Position numbers and translations under genes: made by a program. Below, in pieces: positions 25,873 to 35,592 of a stretch of 46,620 bases of DNA. The stretch lies in sequence record SRR20825019_215, one strand, 5' to 3'. Within the stretch, counting starts at the first letter, position 1, and each line of letters starts with the position of its first letter. Under the pieces are notes generated by a model, which saw nothing but the letters and a program-made list of their open reading frames with translations, was not told the DNA's origin and made no database searches.

Positions 25873-27156
25873 TTACACCCCCAACCGATCCCGCAACGCG
25901 TAATACCAAGCCCCTATTGCCGTCAAAGGTATCCGAAACGCCCGCCCACCCGGAAACGGGTAATGCGGCAGGCTGGCGAAGGCGTCGAAACGCTCGGCCT
26001 GGCCCTGGATGGCCATTGCCAACGCCTTGCCCGCAACATGGGTAAAGGTTACGCCATGGCCGGAGCAGCCCTGGGAATAAAACACGTTGTTCTGCAGCCG
26101 GCCCATTTGCGGCAGGCGTGACAGGGTGAGCAGGAAGTTGCCGGTCCAGGCGTAGTCGATCTTCACATCGGCCAGCTGCGGGAACGTTTTCAGCATGTTG
26201 GGGCGAATCAGCCGTTCGATGTTGGCCGGGTCTCGGGCGCCGTAGACCACACCACCGCCGTAGATCAGCCGCTTGTCGCCGGACAGGCGGAAGTAATCCA
26301 GCAGGTAGTTGCAGTCTTCCACGCAGTTGTCCTGCGGCAACAGGCGTTTAGCGACCTCATCGTCAAGCGGCTCGGTAGCGACGATCTGAGAGCCGCAGGG
26401 CATGGACTTGGCGCCCAGTTCCGGCACCAGTCCGCCGAGATAGGCATTGCCCGCCAGCACCACAAACGCTGCCCGCACTTCGCCTTGATCGCTTTTCACC
26501 GTGGCAGGTTGGCCATGAACAATGTCAGTAACGGCTGAATGTTCGTGGATCACGCCACCGAGAGATTCCAGAGCAGCCGCCTCGCCCAGGGCCAGGTTCA
26601 GGGGATGGATATGCCCCCCGGTGTGATCAATCGCACCGCCGACATAGCGCTCGGTGCCAACCCGGGCACGAATACCTTCCCGGTCCAGCAGTTCCAGATT
26701 CCCGTATCCGAACCGCCGCCAGAGTGCCTGTTGAGCCTCCAGATGGCCGAACTGCCGTGCGTTCAGGGCCGCGAAAACCCCGCCCTCTTTAAGGTCGCAC
26801 TGGATGCCGTAGTCCCGCACCCGTTGACGGATGATCTGGCTGCCCTCAAACGCCATGGACGCCAAGTGGGTCAGGTGATCCGCCGTGGTCTGGCGTTCGA
26901 TTGCGTCGAGGTCACGGCTGAAGCTGTTGACGATCTGCCCGCCATTGCGACCGGAGGCACCCCAGCCCACGGTAACGGCTTCGAGCACCACCACCCTGAA
27001 ACCGGCTTCGGCCAGGAACAATGCGGTCGACAACCCGGTGTAACCAGCACCGACCACGCACACATCAGCCTCGCAAACGCCCTGAAGCGCCGGCCGTGTA
27101 GGGGCCGGATTGGCCGATGCCGCGTAATAGGATGGAACCGGGGAATACTGGGTCAT
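25873..27156 (-). CDS. puuB: Gamma-glutamylputrescine oxidase-like FAD oxidoreductase
   Basis: VGAGYTGLS, GASGRNGGQ, GHIHPLNLALGEA and QGCSGHG motifs; puu gene context. Confidence 0.88.
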   Translation of the reverse strand: MTQYSPVPSYYAASANPAPTRPALQGVCEADVCVVGAGYTGLSTALFLAEAGFRVVVLEAVTVGWGASGRNGGQIVNSFSRDLDAIERQTTADHLTHLASMAFEGSQIIRQRVRDYGIQCDLKEGGVFAALNARQFGHLEAQQALWRRFGYGNLELLDREGIRARVGTERYVGGAIDHTGGHIHPLNLALGEAAALESLGGVIHEHSAVTDIVHGQPATVKSDQGEVRAAFVVLAGNAYLGGLVPELGAKSMPCGSQIVATEPLDDEVAKRLLPQDNCVEDCNYLLDYFRLSGDKRLIYGGGVVYGARDPANIERLIRPNMLKTFPQLADVKIDYAWTGNFLLTLSRLPQMGRLQNNVFYSQGCSGHGVTFTHVAGKALAMAIQGQAERFDAFASLPHYPFPGGRAFRIPLTAIGAWYYALRDRLGV

Positions 27157-27350
27157 GGAGTTGTGCCAAATGGGTTATCAAAAAGGGTTCTTTGGCAGGC
27201 AATGAAAAGGGCAATCCTGTTGCCCGCCGAACTCAGTCTATGCCGGCTTTCAGCCCACGGGAAGACACGTTCTTGTACCTATATGGAAGGCCGTCGACGC
27301 GGCTCAAACACCTGCTATGATGACGCCATTCCTTTGCCTTCGAGGCCGCC

Positions 27351-28880
27351 ATGTCTGACCCTGTATCCACCAATGCCATTTCCGGAACACCCACTAGCCA
27401 GCCCGAGTGGCAGGCAATGGCCGACACCCTCGCCATAGAGGGCCGCGCCTATGTAAAGGGCAGTTATCGCTGGGCGGTAAACGGTGAAACCTTTCCGTCG
27501 ATCAGCCCGGTAAACGGCCGCGAACTGGCCCAGGTGGCCAGTTGCGACAAGGCCGATGCGGACAAAGCCGTAGCCATCGCCCGGAAAGTCTTTGAGCGCG
27601 GCGACTGGCGTGAGCTGGCCCCGGCCAAACGCAAAGCTGTGCTGATTCGCTTTGCGGACTTGATCGAAGCCCACGGCGACGAACTGGCCCTGCTGGATAC
27701 CCTGGATATGGGCAAACCCATCAGCCATGCCCGTACGGTGGACGTACCGGCCACCGCCCGCGCCATACGCTGGACCGCCGAAGCCATCGACAAGGTGTAT
27801 GGGGAACTCGCCCCCACGCCCCATAACCAGATCGGCATGATTTCCCGGGAGCCCATGGGTGTGGTGGCCGCCATCGTGCCCTGGAACTTCCCCATGATCA
27901 TGGCGGCCTGGAAAATCGCACCGGCACTGGCCACCGGAAATTCAGTGATCCTCAAACCCTCGGAGAAATCGCCGCTCACAGCCATTCGCCTGGCCGCACT
28001 GGCCACCGAAGCCGGCATACCCGACGGCGTGTTCAACGTACTCCCCGGTTTCGGCCATACCGTGGGTAAGGCCCTGGCCTTGCACATGGACGTGGACTGC
28101 CTGGTGTTCACCGGTTCCACCAACGTGGCCAAGCAACTGATGGTTTACGCCGGCCAGTCCAACATGAAACGGGTTTGGCTGGAGGCCGGCGGCAAGAGCC
28201 CCAACATCGTGTTTGCGGATGCCCCGGACCTAAAAAAAGCCGCCGCCGAAGCCGCCAGCGCCATTGCCTTCAACCAGGGCGAAGTCTGCACCGCCGGTAG
28301 CCGTTTGCTGGTGGCGGAAAGCATCCGCACCGAATTCGTTGGGCTGATCCGCGAGGCCCTGAAAACCTGGCGCCCCGGCCATCCGCTGGACCCAGCCACC
28401 ACCTGCGGCGCCATCGTCGACCAGGCTCAGCTTGATCGCATCATCGACTACATCGGCATTGGCCAGTCGGAAGGGGCAACCCTGGTGGAAGGCGGGCAAC
28501 GGGTGATGGAAGAGTCCGGCGGTCTGTTCGTGCAGCCCACGGTGTTCGATGGCGTGAACAACCGCATGCGCATTGCCTCGGAGGAAATCTTCGGCCCGGT
28601 GCTATCGGTGATCGGGTTCAACACCCCCGAAGAGGCCATAAAAATCGCCAACGAGTCCATCTATGGCCTGGCCGCGGCGGTGTGGACCTCCAACATCAAC
28701 ACCGCCCACAAAGTGGCCAAGGCACTGCGGGCCGGCAGCGTGTGGATCAACCACTACGACGGCGGCGACATGACCGCGCCCTTCGGCGGTTTCAAGCAGT
28801 CCGGCAACGGGCGCGACAAGTCTCTGCATGCATTCGACAAGTACACGGAACTGAAGGCCACCTGGCTGGTGCTGGACTAA
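27351..28880 (+). CDS. puuC: Aldehyde dehydrogenase (gamma-glutamyl-aminobutyraldehyde dehydrogenase-like)
   Basis: PWNFP, LEAGGKSP, FNQGEVC, EEIFGP and GRDKSLHAFDKYTELK motifs. Confidence 0.88.
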   Translation: MSDPVSTNAISGTPTSQPEWQAMADTLAIEGRAYVKGSYRWAVNGETFPSISPVNGRELAQVASCDKADADKAVAIARKVFERGDWRELAPAKRKAVLIRFADLIEAHGDELALLDTLDMGKPISHARTVDVPATARAIRWTAEAIDKVYGELAPTPHNQIGMISREPMGVVAAIVPWNFPMIMAAWKIAPALATGNSVILKPSEKSPLTAIRLAALATEAGIPDGVFNVLPGFGHTVGKALALHMDVDCLVFTGSTNVAKQLMVYAGQSNMKRVWLEAGGKSPNIVFADAPDLKKAAAEAASAIAFNQGEVCTAGSRLLVAESIRTEFVGLIREALKTWRPGHPLDPATTCGAIVDQAQLDRIIDYIGIGQSEGATLVEGGQRVMEESGGLFVQPTVFDGVNNRMRIASEEIFGPVLSVIGFNTPEEAIKIANESIYGLAAAVWTSNINTAHKVAKALRAGSVWINHYDGGDMTAPFGGFKQSGNGRDKSLHAFDKYTELKATWLVLD

Positions 28881-28891
28881 CCCACGCTACG

Positions 28892-28915
28892 AAAAACGGC
28901 GCCCATGGCGCCGTT
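28892..28915 (-). terminator. Hairpin terminator between convergent puuC and puuA
   Basis: AACGGCGCC-cat-GGCGCCGTT with an A-run on the left, which is a U-tail on the minus strand. Confidence 0.75.
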
Positions 28916-28935
28916 GCTCCAATTCCTGAAAACCA

Positions 28936-30300
28936 TTAAACCGTATGCAGGTACCAGAGATATTCGAGATCTGAGATGGTCATCTCGAACTCGTTCAGTT
29001 CGTGCTCCTTGCAGGCGACGAACACATCCAGAAATTCCCTTCCCAGATAGTCCGCCATCACCGGCGACTGACCGAGCTCCCGCAGCGCATCCCGCAGGTT
29101 ATTCACCAGACTGGCTTCGTGCTGTTCGTGGGCGTTGCCCACGGTCACCGGCGGTGGCTCGATGCGGTTGGAAATACCGTAGTGAATGCCCGCCAACACC
29201 GCCGCCATCAGCAGGTACGGGTTGGCATCAGCACCCGCAACGCGGTGCTCAATCCTCAGAGCATCGGGATCCCCACCCGGTAGGCGCAGGCTGGCCGTGC
29301 GGTTATCCACACCCCAGGTCGCCGCACTGGGCACGTAGTATTCCGGGCTGAACCGGCGGTAGGAGTTGATGTTCGGACAGAACAGCGCCATGGCGTCGTT
29401 CATGGTGGCCACCAGCCCACCAACGGCCCAGCGCAGCATGTCGTTGGGTTCCTCGGCGTCGCCGGCAAATACATTGCGCCCTTCCCCATCAATCAGGCTG
29501 ACGTGCAGGTGCATGCCGCTACCCGCCTGGTTGTGATACGGCTTGGCCATGAAGGTGGTGTCCATCTCATGGTCGTAGGCCATGTTCTTGATCAGGCGTT
29601 TGAGCAGGGTGGCGTGGTCGCAGGCCTGCACGGCGTCATCCACGTAATGCAGGTTCACCTCAAACTGGCCAGGGGCGGATTCCGCCACCAGGGCATCCGC
29701 CGGCAATTCCTGCTCATGGGCCGCATCAAGCACATCCGCCAGGAATTCCGCGTATTCATCCAGGTCGTCGATGGAATAGGCCTGGGTGCCCGCCGGGCGC
29801 TTGCCGGAAATGGGCGACTTGGGAGGCTGGGGTCGGCCGGCGAGGTTTTCCTGGTCGATCAGGTAGAACTCCAGCTCATAGGCCGCCACCGGCGTCAGGC
29901 CCAGTTCTTCAAACCGCTTGACGATGTTCTGCAGCACCACGCGCGGGTCCGCAAAAAAGGGCGTCTCACGATCCAGCTCATACATGGTCAGCAGCAGTTG
30001 GCCAGTGGGCCGCTTCTGCCAGGGTTCCATGGTGAGCGTACCGTCGATGGGCAGGCACACACGGTCCGCCTCGCCGATATCCAGGCCCAGACCGGTCTCT
30101 TCCACGGTAGTGCCCTGGATATTCAGGGCAAAGATGGACGCCGGCATCGCGATGCCCCGCTCAAACACCTTGGGCAGGGTTGAAGGGTCCACGCGTTTAC
30201 CGCGGACAATGCCGTTCATATCCGGGATCAGCAGGTCAATAAACTGCAGTTCGGGGTGTGCCTGAAGGAATGCGTCAGCGCTCGCAAAACCAGAACCCAT
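28936..30300 (-). CDS. puuA: Glutamine synthetase-family gamma-glutamylpolyamine synthetase
   Basis: D.NGIVRGKR, ELEFYL, E.APGQFE.N, GSGMHLHVS and IEHRVAGADANPY motifs. Confidence 0.88.
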   Translation of the reverse strand: MGSGFASADAFLQAHPELQFIDLLIPDMNGIVRGKRVDPSTLPKVFERGIAMPASIFALNIQGTTVEETGLGLDIGEADRVCLPIDGTLTMEPWQKRPTGQLLLTMYELDRETPFFADPRVVLQNIVKRFEELGLTPVAAYELEFYLIDQENLAGRPQPPKSPISGKRPAGTQAYSIDDLDEYAEFLADVLDAAHEQELPADALVAESAPGQFEVNLHYVDDAVQACDHATLLKRLIKNMAYDHEMDTTFMAKPYHNQAGSGMHLHVSLIDGEGRNVFAGDAEEPNDMLRWAVGGLVATMNDAMALFCPNINSYRRFSPEYYVPSAATWGVDNRTASLRLPGGDPDALRIEHRVAGADANPYLLMAAVLAGIHYGISNRIEPPPVTVGNAHEQHEASLVNNLRDALRELGQSPVMADYLGREFLDVFVACKEHELNEFEMTISDLEYLWYLHTV

Positions 30301-30420
30301 AAGGTCAGCCTTTCAAAACTCAAACAGGCCTGTGGCGAGGGGCCGGCACAGGAGATTTTCAAGGCTCCTTTATCCTGCTTTCCGGGGCAATTTGCAAGAT
30401 AGGGACATACCACAGCGCGC

Positions 30421-31485
30421 CTAGTCATCCTGATCCCGAATCTTGCCTTCGCGAATGTTCTCACGGGCTTCCTGGTGCTCGTCGCGGTCCGCTTCCGGAG
30501 CTTCGTGCTCATCCGCTCTTGAAGGGCGGAAGCACAGCGTGGTCAGTATCGGGAAGTGGTCGGAACCAAAGGGGGCGAGCCGTTCAATTCTGCCCAGCGT
30601 AAAATGCTCGGTGGTGAAGACGTGGTCCAGCGGCCAGCGCAGGTACCAGCGTTCGGCGTGAAAGCTGTTGAACATGCCCCGCCCCCGACGCGGGTCCAGC
30701 ATGCCGCTGACGCGGCAAAACAGCCGCGTGGTGCGGGACCAGGCCACATCGTTCAGGTCACCGGCGACAATGGCGGGGTAACCATCTTTATGAATCTGTT
30801 GGCCGATCAGTAACAGTTCAGCATCCCGCCACAGGGACTCCTCACTTTCACTGGGTGCCGGTGGGCGCGGATGCACGGCGTGCAGTTTCACACGATCACC
30901 CGAGGGTAACCTCAACCAGCCGTGGATCGAAGGGATATCGTCCTGAATCAGGTAGCTCACCTCGGCCTCTTCCAACGGCAGCCTCGAATACAGATGCATG
31001 CCATAGAGGTTGTCCAGCGGCACGCGGATAATGGTCGGCCAGTCACCAAAAGCCGCATCCAGCTGATCGCCCCACCACTGATCCGATTCCAGAGTCAGCA
31101 ACACATCTGGCCGGTGTTCCTGGACCTGGCGAATCAGACCCTCGCTGTTGCGGTTGGGCGTCAGTACGTTGGCAATCATCAATGTGACACAGCGGTCTTC
31201 CTGGCCGGACTCCGCTGATTGCACCTGCAGGGGCCATAAGCGTGTCCACGGCAAAATGCGATACAGCTGCAACGCAAGCACCACCACCAATATCGCAAGC
31301 ACCCACTTTTGCAGGCCATCGTTCTCCAGCCATAGCGCTGCGAACGCCACCAATACCGCCAGGCTGACAATCTGAACACGGGGGAACTCACAGGCACGGA
31401 TCCACCAGTCATGAAGGCGCACTTTGCCGAGGACGGTCACCGCGAGCAGGGCGATGGCCAATGTCAGCAGGGTATAGTCGATCAA
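30421..31485 (-). CDS. Membrane-anchored endonuclease/exonuclease/phosphatase family protein
   Basis: N-terminal TM helices; ANVL..N, GDLND, LDH and GSDHFP motifs; TTG start after GGAGG. Confidence 0.9.
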   Translation of the reverse strand: MIDYTLLTLAIALLAVTVLGKVRLHDWWIRACEFPRVQIVSLAVLVAFAALWLENDGLQKWVLAILVVVLALQLYRILPWTRLWPLQVQSAESGQEDRCVTLMIANVLTPNRNSEGLIRQVQEHRPDVLLTLESDQWWGDQLDAAFGDWPTIIRVPLDNLYGMHLYSRLPLEEAEVSYLIQDDIPSIHGWLRLPSGDRVKLHAVHPRPPAPSESEESLWRDAELLLIGQQIHKDGYPAIVAGDLNDVAWSRTTRLFCRVSGMLDPRRGRGMFNSFHAERWYLRWPLDHVFTTEHFTLGRIERLAPFGSDHFPILTTLCFRPSRADEHEAPEADRDEHQEARENIREGKIRDQDD

Positions 31486-31643
31486 ACAGGCCTCCGAGAC
31501 AGAGTCGTATATCTGTACCTACACCATAAACGATTGACACAACTTCTGCTGGACGACCTGATCATCGCCAGCTTTGTCTCTGGCCCGGGGCCGACTACAC
31601 TGCCAGTGACGGAGCGAGGAAAAACGAAAAAAGGAGTTAACCC

Positions 31644-33596
31644 TTGGATCTTGCCCAGGCTTCATTGCAATTCGATGCCGCTCTGGCAGACTTTGCCCGC
31701 GCCCGCAGCGCGTCACCACAAGCCTCCAGCCTGGGGCTGCTGGAGCGTGCGCGCCTTCTAATGACGCTGCCGGGAGGTTTCGATGTCCTGTACCGTCGGG
31801 TTCGCGCTCTGGAATCCGCCGGTATATTCGGCACCAGTGACTGGTCTAAACCTGCCACCCTGCAACCTGCCCTGGCCAAGCACTCACTGCGAGAAGCCGG
31901 TGCGGTTACCACCGTTGTCGAGGCGATCAGCGAAATACGGCTGCTGGCGGTGGTGCGCGGTGACTATTTTCACCCTGGCATTTCCTCCGAGCAGGCCCGG
32001 CATTTCCTCACCCAGGTGATGGCCCTGAACCTGGACCTGCTGTCTGGCACTCTCACCGAAGCCGACCGCGAACGGCCCAAGCAACTCGGCCCCTTGGTGC
32101 TGGGGCTTTACCAATACCTGATATCCCACCTTGGCTACGAGAACCTGCTGGACAGCCTGGTGGCTGAGGTGTGGCGGCTACTGGAACAAGGCCCTGTGCA
32201 GGTGGACAGCATCTGCGACATGATTGGCCAGATCGCCAAATGCCTGTACGACCCGGAACTGAAAACCACCGGCACGGCCGACGCCACCCGGCTGGTACGG
32301 GCCCTTTTCGCACCAACACCCGGCAGCCGCGAAGACCCCGGATTGGACGTTTACCAGCTACGCCTGACCCAGATGGACGACGTTGAACTGTCCGCGGAAG
32401 CCAGCGAGTTCGCCCGCAACATGCACGACACCGGGCTTGCGTCCCCTTATCATGCCGTGTTCTTACGTTTCCTTCGTACCAGCGACGAGGACGAACTTAT
32501 CCCCACGGCCCTGGGCCTGACAATGACCGGGCTGGATGACCTCTACTGCTACAACCAGCTTGTGGATGCCTTGATCGATGAAGCCATCCATCCGGAAACC
32601 TGTCAGGCGGTCTACGGGCTGACCATGATGTTGGAGCGGGGTTCGCTGTTCACCCCACCGGTCGCCCAGGCACTGTGGCGGCAGATCAAGCTTAAATTAT
32701 CGGCGGAAACCGAGCAGGCTCTGTCAGAAGCGTTCGGCGATGAGGTTCCACCAAGAGTGTTCCTGCTGGCCGGCGTGCTCAACCTTCTGGGCCAGCCACT
32801 GGGCGTGGGCCAGGGCAACAACCCCAGTTGCCAGTCTGCCATCGGATTGTCCATGTGGGCGGCCAACGAGGCTGATTACCTGCTGCAGGTACTCACCTGG
32901 GCAGCCCGCGACAACGAGGTACTGAGTCGGTTTGAAGGTTGGGAAGTGTCATCCAAGAACCTGGAGCCGGGCCTGGTCAAAGATACTCCGGTGGATGTGG
33001 ATCCGGTTTCACTGATCCTGATTCCCCATCTGGACCGGATATACGGTGAGATGTGGCGGCGCTGCGAAGACCGTAACGACGACGCCCACCGCTGGATCAA
33101 CCCGGAGTTCTATGGCTGGTGGGTCAGCCACGGCTTCAAGGTAGTGGCCGATATCCACACTGGGGAAGTCACCGACTACGACGATTTCATCCGGCACTTC
33201 TACGCCAGCTATCACCCCTACTACAACGGCAACATTCCGGTGATTCACCACCAGCCTGCCGGTATCGCCGTTACCGACAGCGCCGCCCGCTTCGTCGGCC
33301 GACATGCCATTACTATCCTGAGAGTGGCCCTGAGCCCCAGAAACGAAATGCGGGTGTACTTCTTCAACCCCAATAACGACAGCGGCCAGGACTGGGGCCA
33401 GGGCATCACCTGCTCAACCCGGGGAAACGGAGAGATTCGGGGTGAGGCGTCCCTGCCCGTGGCGGAATTCACGTCCCGCCTCTATGTGTTTCACTACGAC
33501 ACCCTGGAACTGGGCGACCTGACAGCCATACCCGAGGCCGAAGTGGCCCGGGTCATGGCGTTGGGGTATGGCAGTTGGGCGGCCAGCGACGATTAA
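31644..33596 (+). CDS. Hypothetical protein with a putative C-terminal papain/calpain-like catalytic triad
   Basis: 650-aa ORF, AAGGAG RBS, TTG start; QGNNPSC, GRHAITI and YFFNPN motifs. Confidence 0.8.
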   Translation: MDLAQASLQFDAALADFARARSASPQASSLGLLERARLLMTLPGGFDVLYRRVRALESAGIFGTSDWSKPATLQPALAKHSLREAGAVTTVVEAISEIRLLAVVRGDYFHPGISSEQARHFLTQVMALNLDLLSGTLTEADRERPKQLGPLVLGLYQYLISHLGYENLLDSLVAEVWRLLEQGPVQVDSICDMIGQIAKCLYDPELKTTGTADATRLVRALFAPTPGSREDPGLDVYQLRLTQMDDVELSAEASEFARNMHDTGLASPYHAVFLRFLRTSDEDELIPTALGLTMTGLDDLYCYNQLVDALIDEAIHPETCQAVYGLTMMLERGSLFTPPVAQALWRQIKLKLSAETEQALSEAFGDEVPPRVFLLAGVLNLLGQPLGVGQGNNPSCQSAIGLSMWAANEADYLLQVLTWAARDNEVLSRFEGWEVSSKNLEPGLVKDTPVDVDPVSLILIPHLDRIYGEMWRRCEDRNDDAHRWINPEFYGWWVSHGFKVVADIHTGEVTDYDDFIRHFYASYHPYYNGNIPVIHHQPAGIAVTDSAARFVGRHAITILRVALSPRNEMRVYFFNPNNDSGQDWGQGITCSTRGNGEIRGEASLPVAEFTSRLYVFHYDTLELGDLTAIPEAEVARVMALGYGSWAASDD

Positions 33597-34588
33597 CTCA
33601 TGTTCTTGCGCATGAAGTTCTGGATCTCACCCACAATACCCGAGCGGAAGGCCATCACCGTCAGCACGAAGATACCGCCAAGAATGGGATCTACCCAGTC
33701 ACCCAGCGGCCCCTGGGCCAGCTGATATTCCAGGTTCACCACGAAAGTGGCACCGACCACCGGGCCCAGCAACGTGCCGGTACCACCCAACAGAGTCATC
33801 AGGATGACTTCGCCGGACATGTGCCAATGAGCGTCGTTGAGAGACGCAAGCTGGAACACCACGGTTTTCACCGATCCGGCCAGGCCGGCCAGGCCTGCAG
33901 AGATCACGAATGCGAGGAGCTTGTAGCGATCCACGTTGTAGCCAAGGGACACCGCCCTGGGCTCGTTCTGCTTGATCGCCTTGAGCACCTGCCCGAAGGG
34001 CGAGCCGACAATGCGCTGCACCGCCAGATAGCCTCCGAGGAAGACCGCCAGCACGAAATAGTACATGGCGTAGTTGTTACTCAGGTCAACAAAGCCGAAC
34101 AGGTGGCCGCGGGGTACGCCGTGCATACCGTCCTCACCACCGGTAAACGGGGCCTGTACGAAGAAGAAGTAGACCAGTTGCGCCAACGCCAGGGTGATCA
34201 TCGCGAAATAGATTCCCTGGCGGCGAATGGCCACAACCCCGAAGCCGAGCCCCAACACCGTTGCCGCCGCTGTGCCCACCAGAATCCCCATTTCAGTCGT
34301 CAGACCGGAGAAATTCGAGAGCAGGTAACCGGTGGTGTATGAGCCCGCCGCCAGGAACGCAGCGTGCCCGAAAGACAGCAGGCCGGTGTAACCCAGCAGG
34401 AGGTTGAACGCCACTGCGAACAGGGCGAAGCACAGGATTTTCATCAGGAACACGGGGTACATCACCGCCGGTGCCAATAGGAGCAGCGCCAGCAGCACAA
34501 GATTCAAAATCTGCTTCTTGCGTTGCTCGGATTTCTGCTGCTGAATAATGCTTTGCTGGATATCCGTCTGCGTGGTTGCGTTCGCCAT
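33593..34588 (-). CDS. livM: Branched-chain amino acid-type ABC permease
   Basis: GYTGLLSFGHAAF, GIYFAMITLA and TGGEDG motifs. Confidence 0.9.
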   Translation of the reverse strand: MANATTQTDIQQSIIQQQKSEQRKKQILNLVLLALLLLAPAVMYPVFLMKILCFALFAVAFNLLLGYTGLLSFGHAAFLAAGSYTTGYLLSNFSGLTTEMGILVGTAAATVLGLGFGVVAIRRQGIYFAMITLALAQLVYFFFVQAPFTGGEDGMHGVPRGHLFGFVDLSNNYAMYYFVLAVFLGGYLAVQRIVGSPFGQVLKAIKQNEPRAVSLGYNVDRYKLLAFVISAGLAGLAGSVKTVVFQLASLNDAHWHMSGEVILMTLLGGTGTLLGPVVGATFVVNLEYQLAQGPLGDWVDPILGGIFVLTVMAFRSGIVGEIQNFMRKNMS

Positions 34589-34590
34589 GA

Positions 34591-35478
34591 CTATGCCTCC
34601 TTACCAAACAGGCCCGACGGGCGAATCAACAGGACAACCACCATCACCAGGAAGATCACGGCTGCCGACCCTTCCGGGTAGAACACTTTGGTGAACCCTT
34701 CTACTACCCCCATCATCAGGCCGGTAACGACGGCCCCGGCGATAGAACCCATGCCGCCGATGACGACCACAGCAAACACCACGATGAGTATGTTGGAGCC
34801 CATTACCGGCGATACCGAATATATGGGTGCGGCAAGCGCACCGGCGAAGGCGGCGAGCATGACACCAAAACCGTAAGTGAGGCTGATCAGCAGTGGCACA
34901 TTGATGCCAAACCCCTGCATCAGCTGGGAATCTTCCGTGCCGGCCCGCAGGTAGGAGCCAAGCCGGGTTTTCTCAATCATGAACCAGGTTGCGAAGCACA
35001 CCAGCAAGGCAGCCACGATCACCCAGGCTCGATAGTAGGGAAGGAACATGAACCCGAGGTTCATACCACCTCTGAACACCTCCGGCATGGAATAACGCAG
35101 GCCGGAAACGCCGTAAATATTGGTCAGAACACCTTGAAGGATCAGTGCAATCCCGAAGGTCAACAACAGGCTGTAGATGTGATCCTGGCCCGCGATGCGG
35201 CGCAACAGGAAGTACTCCAGCAGAATGCCGAAACAGCCAACAATCACGGGTGCGACGAAGAGCGCTACCCAGTAGTTGACTCCGAAGGCATCAAAAATCA
35301 GTACGGTACACATCGCACCGAGCATGTACATGGCACCGTGGGCGAAGTTGATGATTTTCAGCAGGCCAAATATTACCGCCAGGCCGAGGCTCAGCAGAGC
35401 GTAAAAGGCGCCATTGATCACCCCGAGCATCAACTGGCCAGACAGCACGGCCACGGGGACTCCCAGAATCTCGGTCAT
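34591..35478 (-). CDS. livH: Branched-chain amino acid-type ABC permease
   Basis: GL..IFG...IINFAHG and FAVVVIGGMGS motifs. Confidence 0.9.
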   Translation of the reverse strand: MTEILGVPVAVLSGQLMLGVINGAFYALLSLGLAVIFGLLKIINFAHGAMYMLGAMCTVLIFDAFGVNYWVALFVAPVIVGCFGILLEYFLLRRIAGQDHIYSLLLTFGIALILQGVLTNIYGVSGLRYSMPEVFRGGMNLGFMFLPYYRAWVIVAALLVCFATWFMIEKTRLGSYLRAGTEDSQLMQGFGINVPLLISLTYGFGVMLAAFAGALAAPIYSVSPVMGSNILIVVFAVVVIGGMGSIAGAVVTGLMMGVVEGFTKVFYPEGSAAVIFLVMVVVLLIRPSGLFGKEA

Positions 35479-35592
35479 GTTACAAACTCCAAAAGCAGCG
35501 CAACTGATCATTCGCAAGTTGCGTGTCTGCAGGTCAGTGGCCGCCCCGCCAGCACTGCTGGATAGCGCGGGACGGCCCAGTCGGTCAGAACA

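Noticed and set aside
26539-27438. 299-aa plus-strand ORF
   Set aside because: Antisense shadow of puuB with no motifs.
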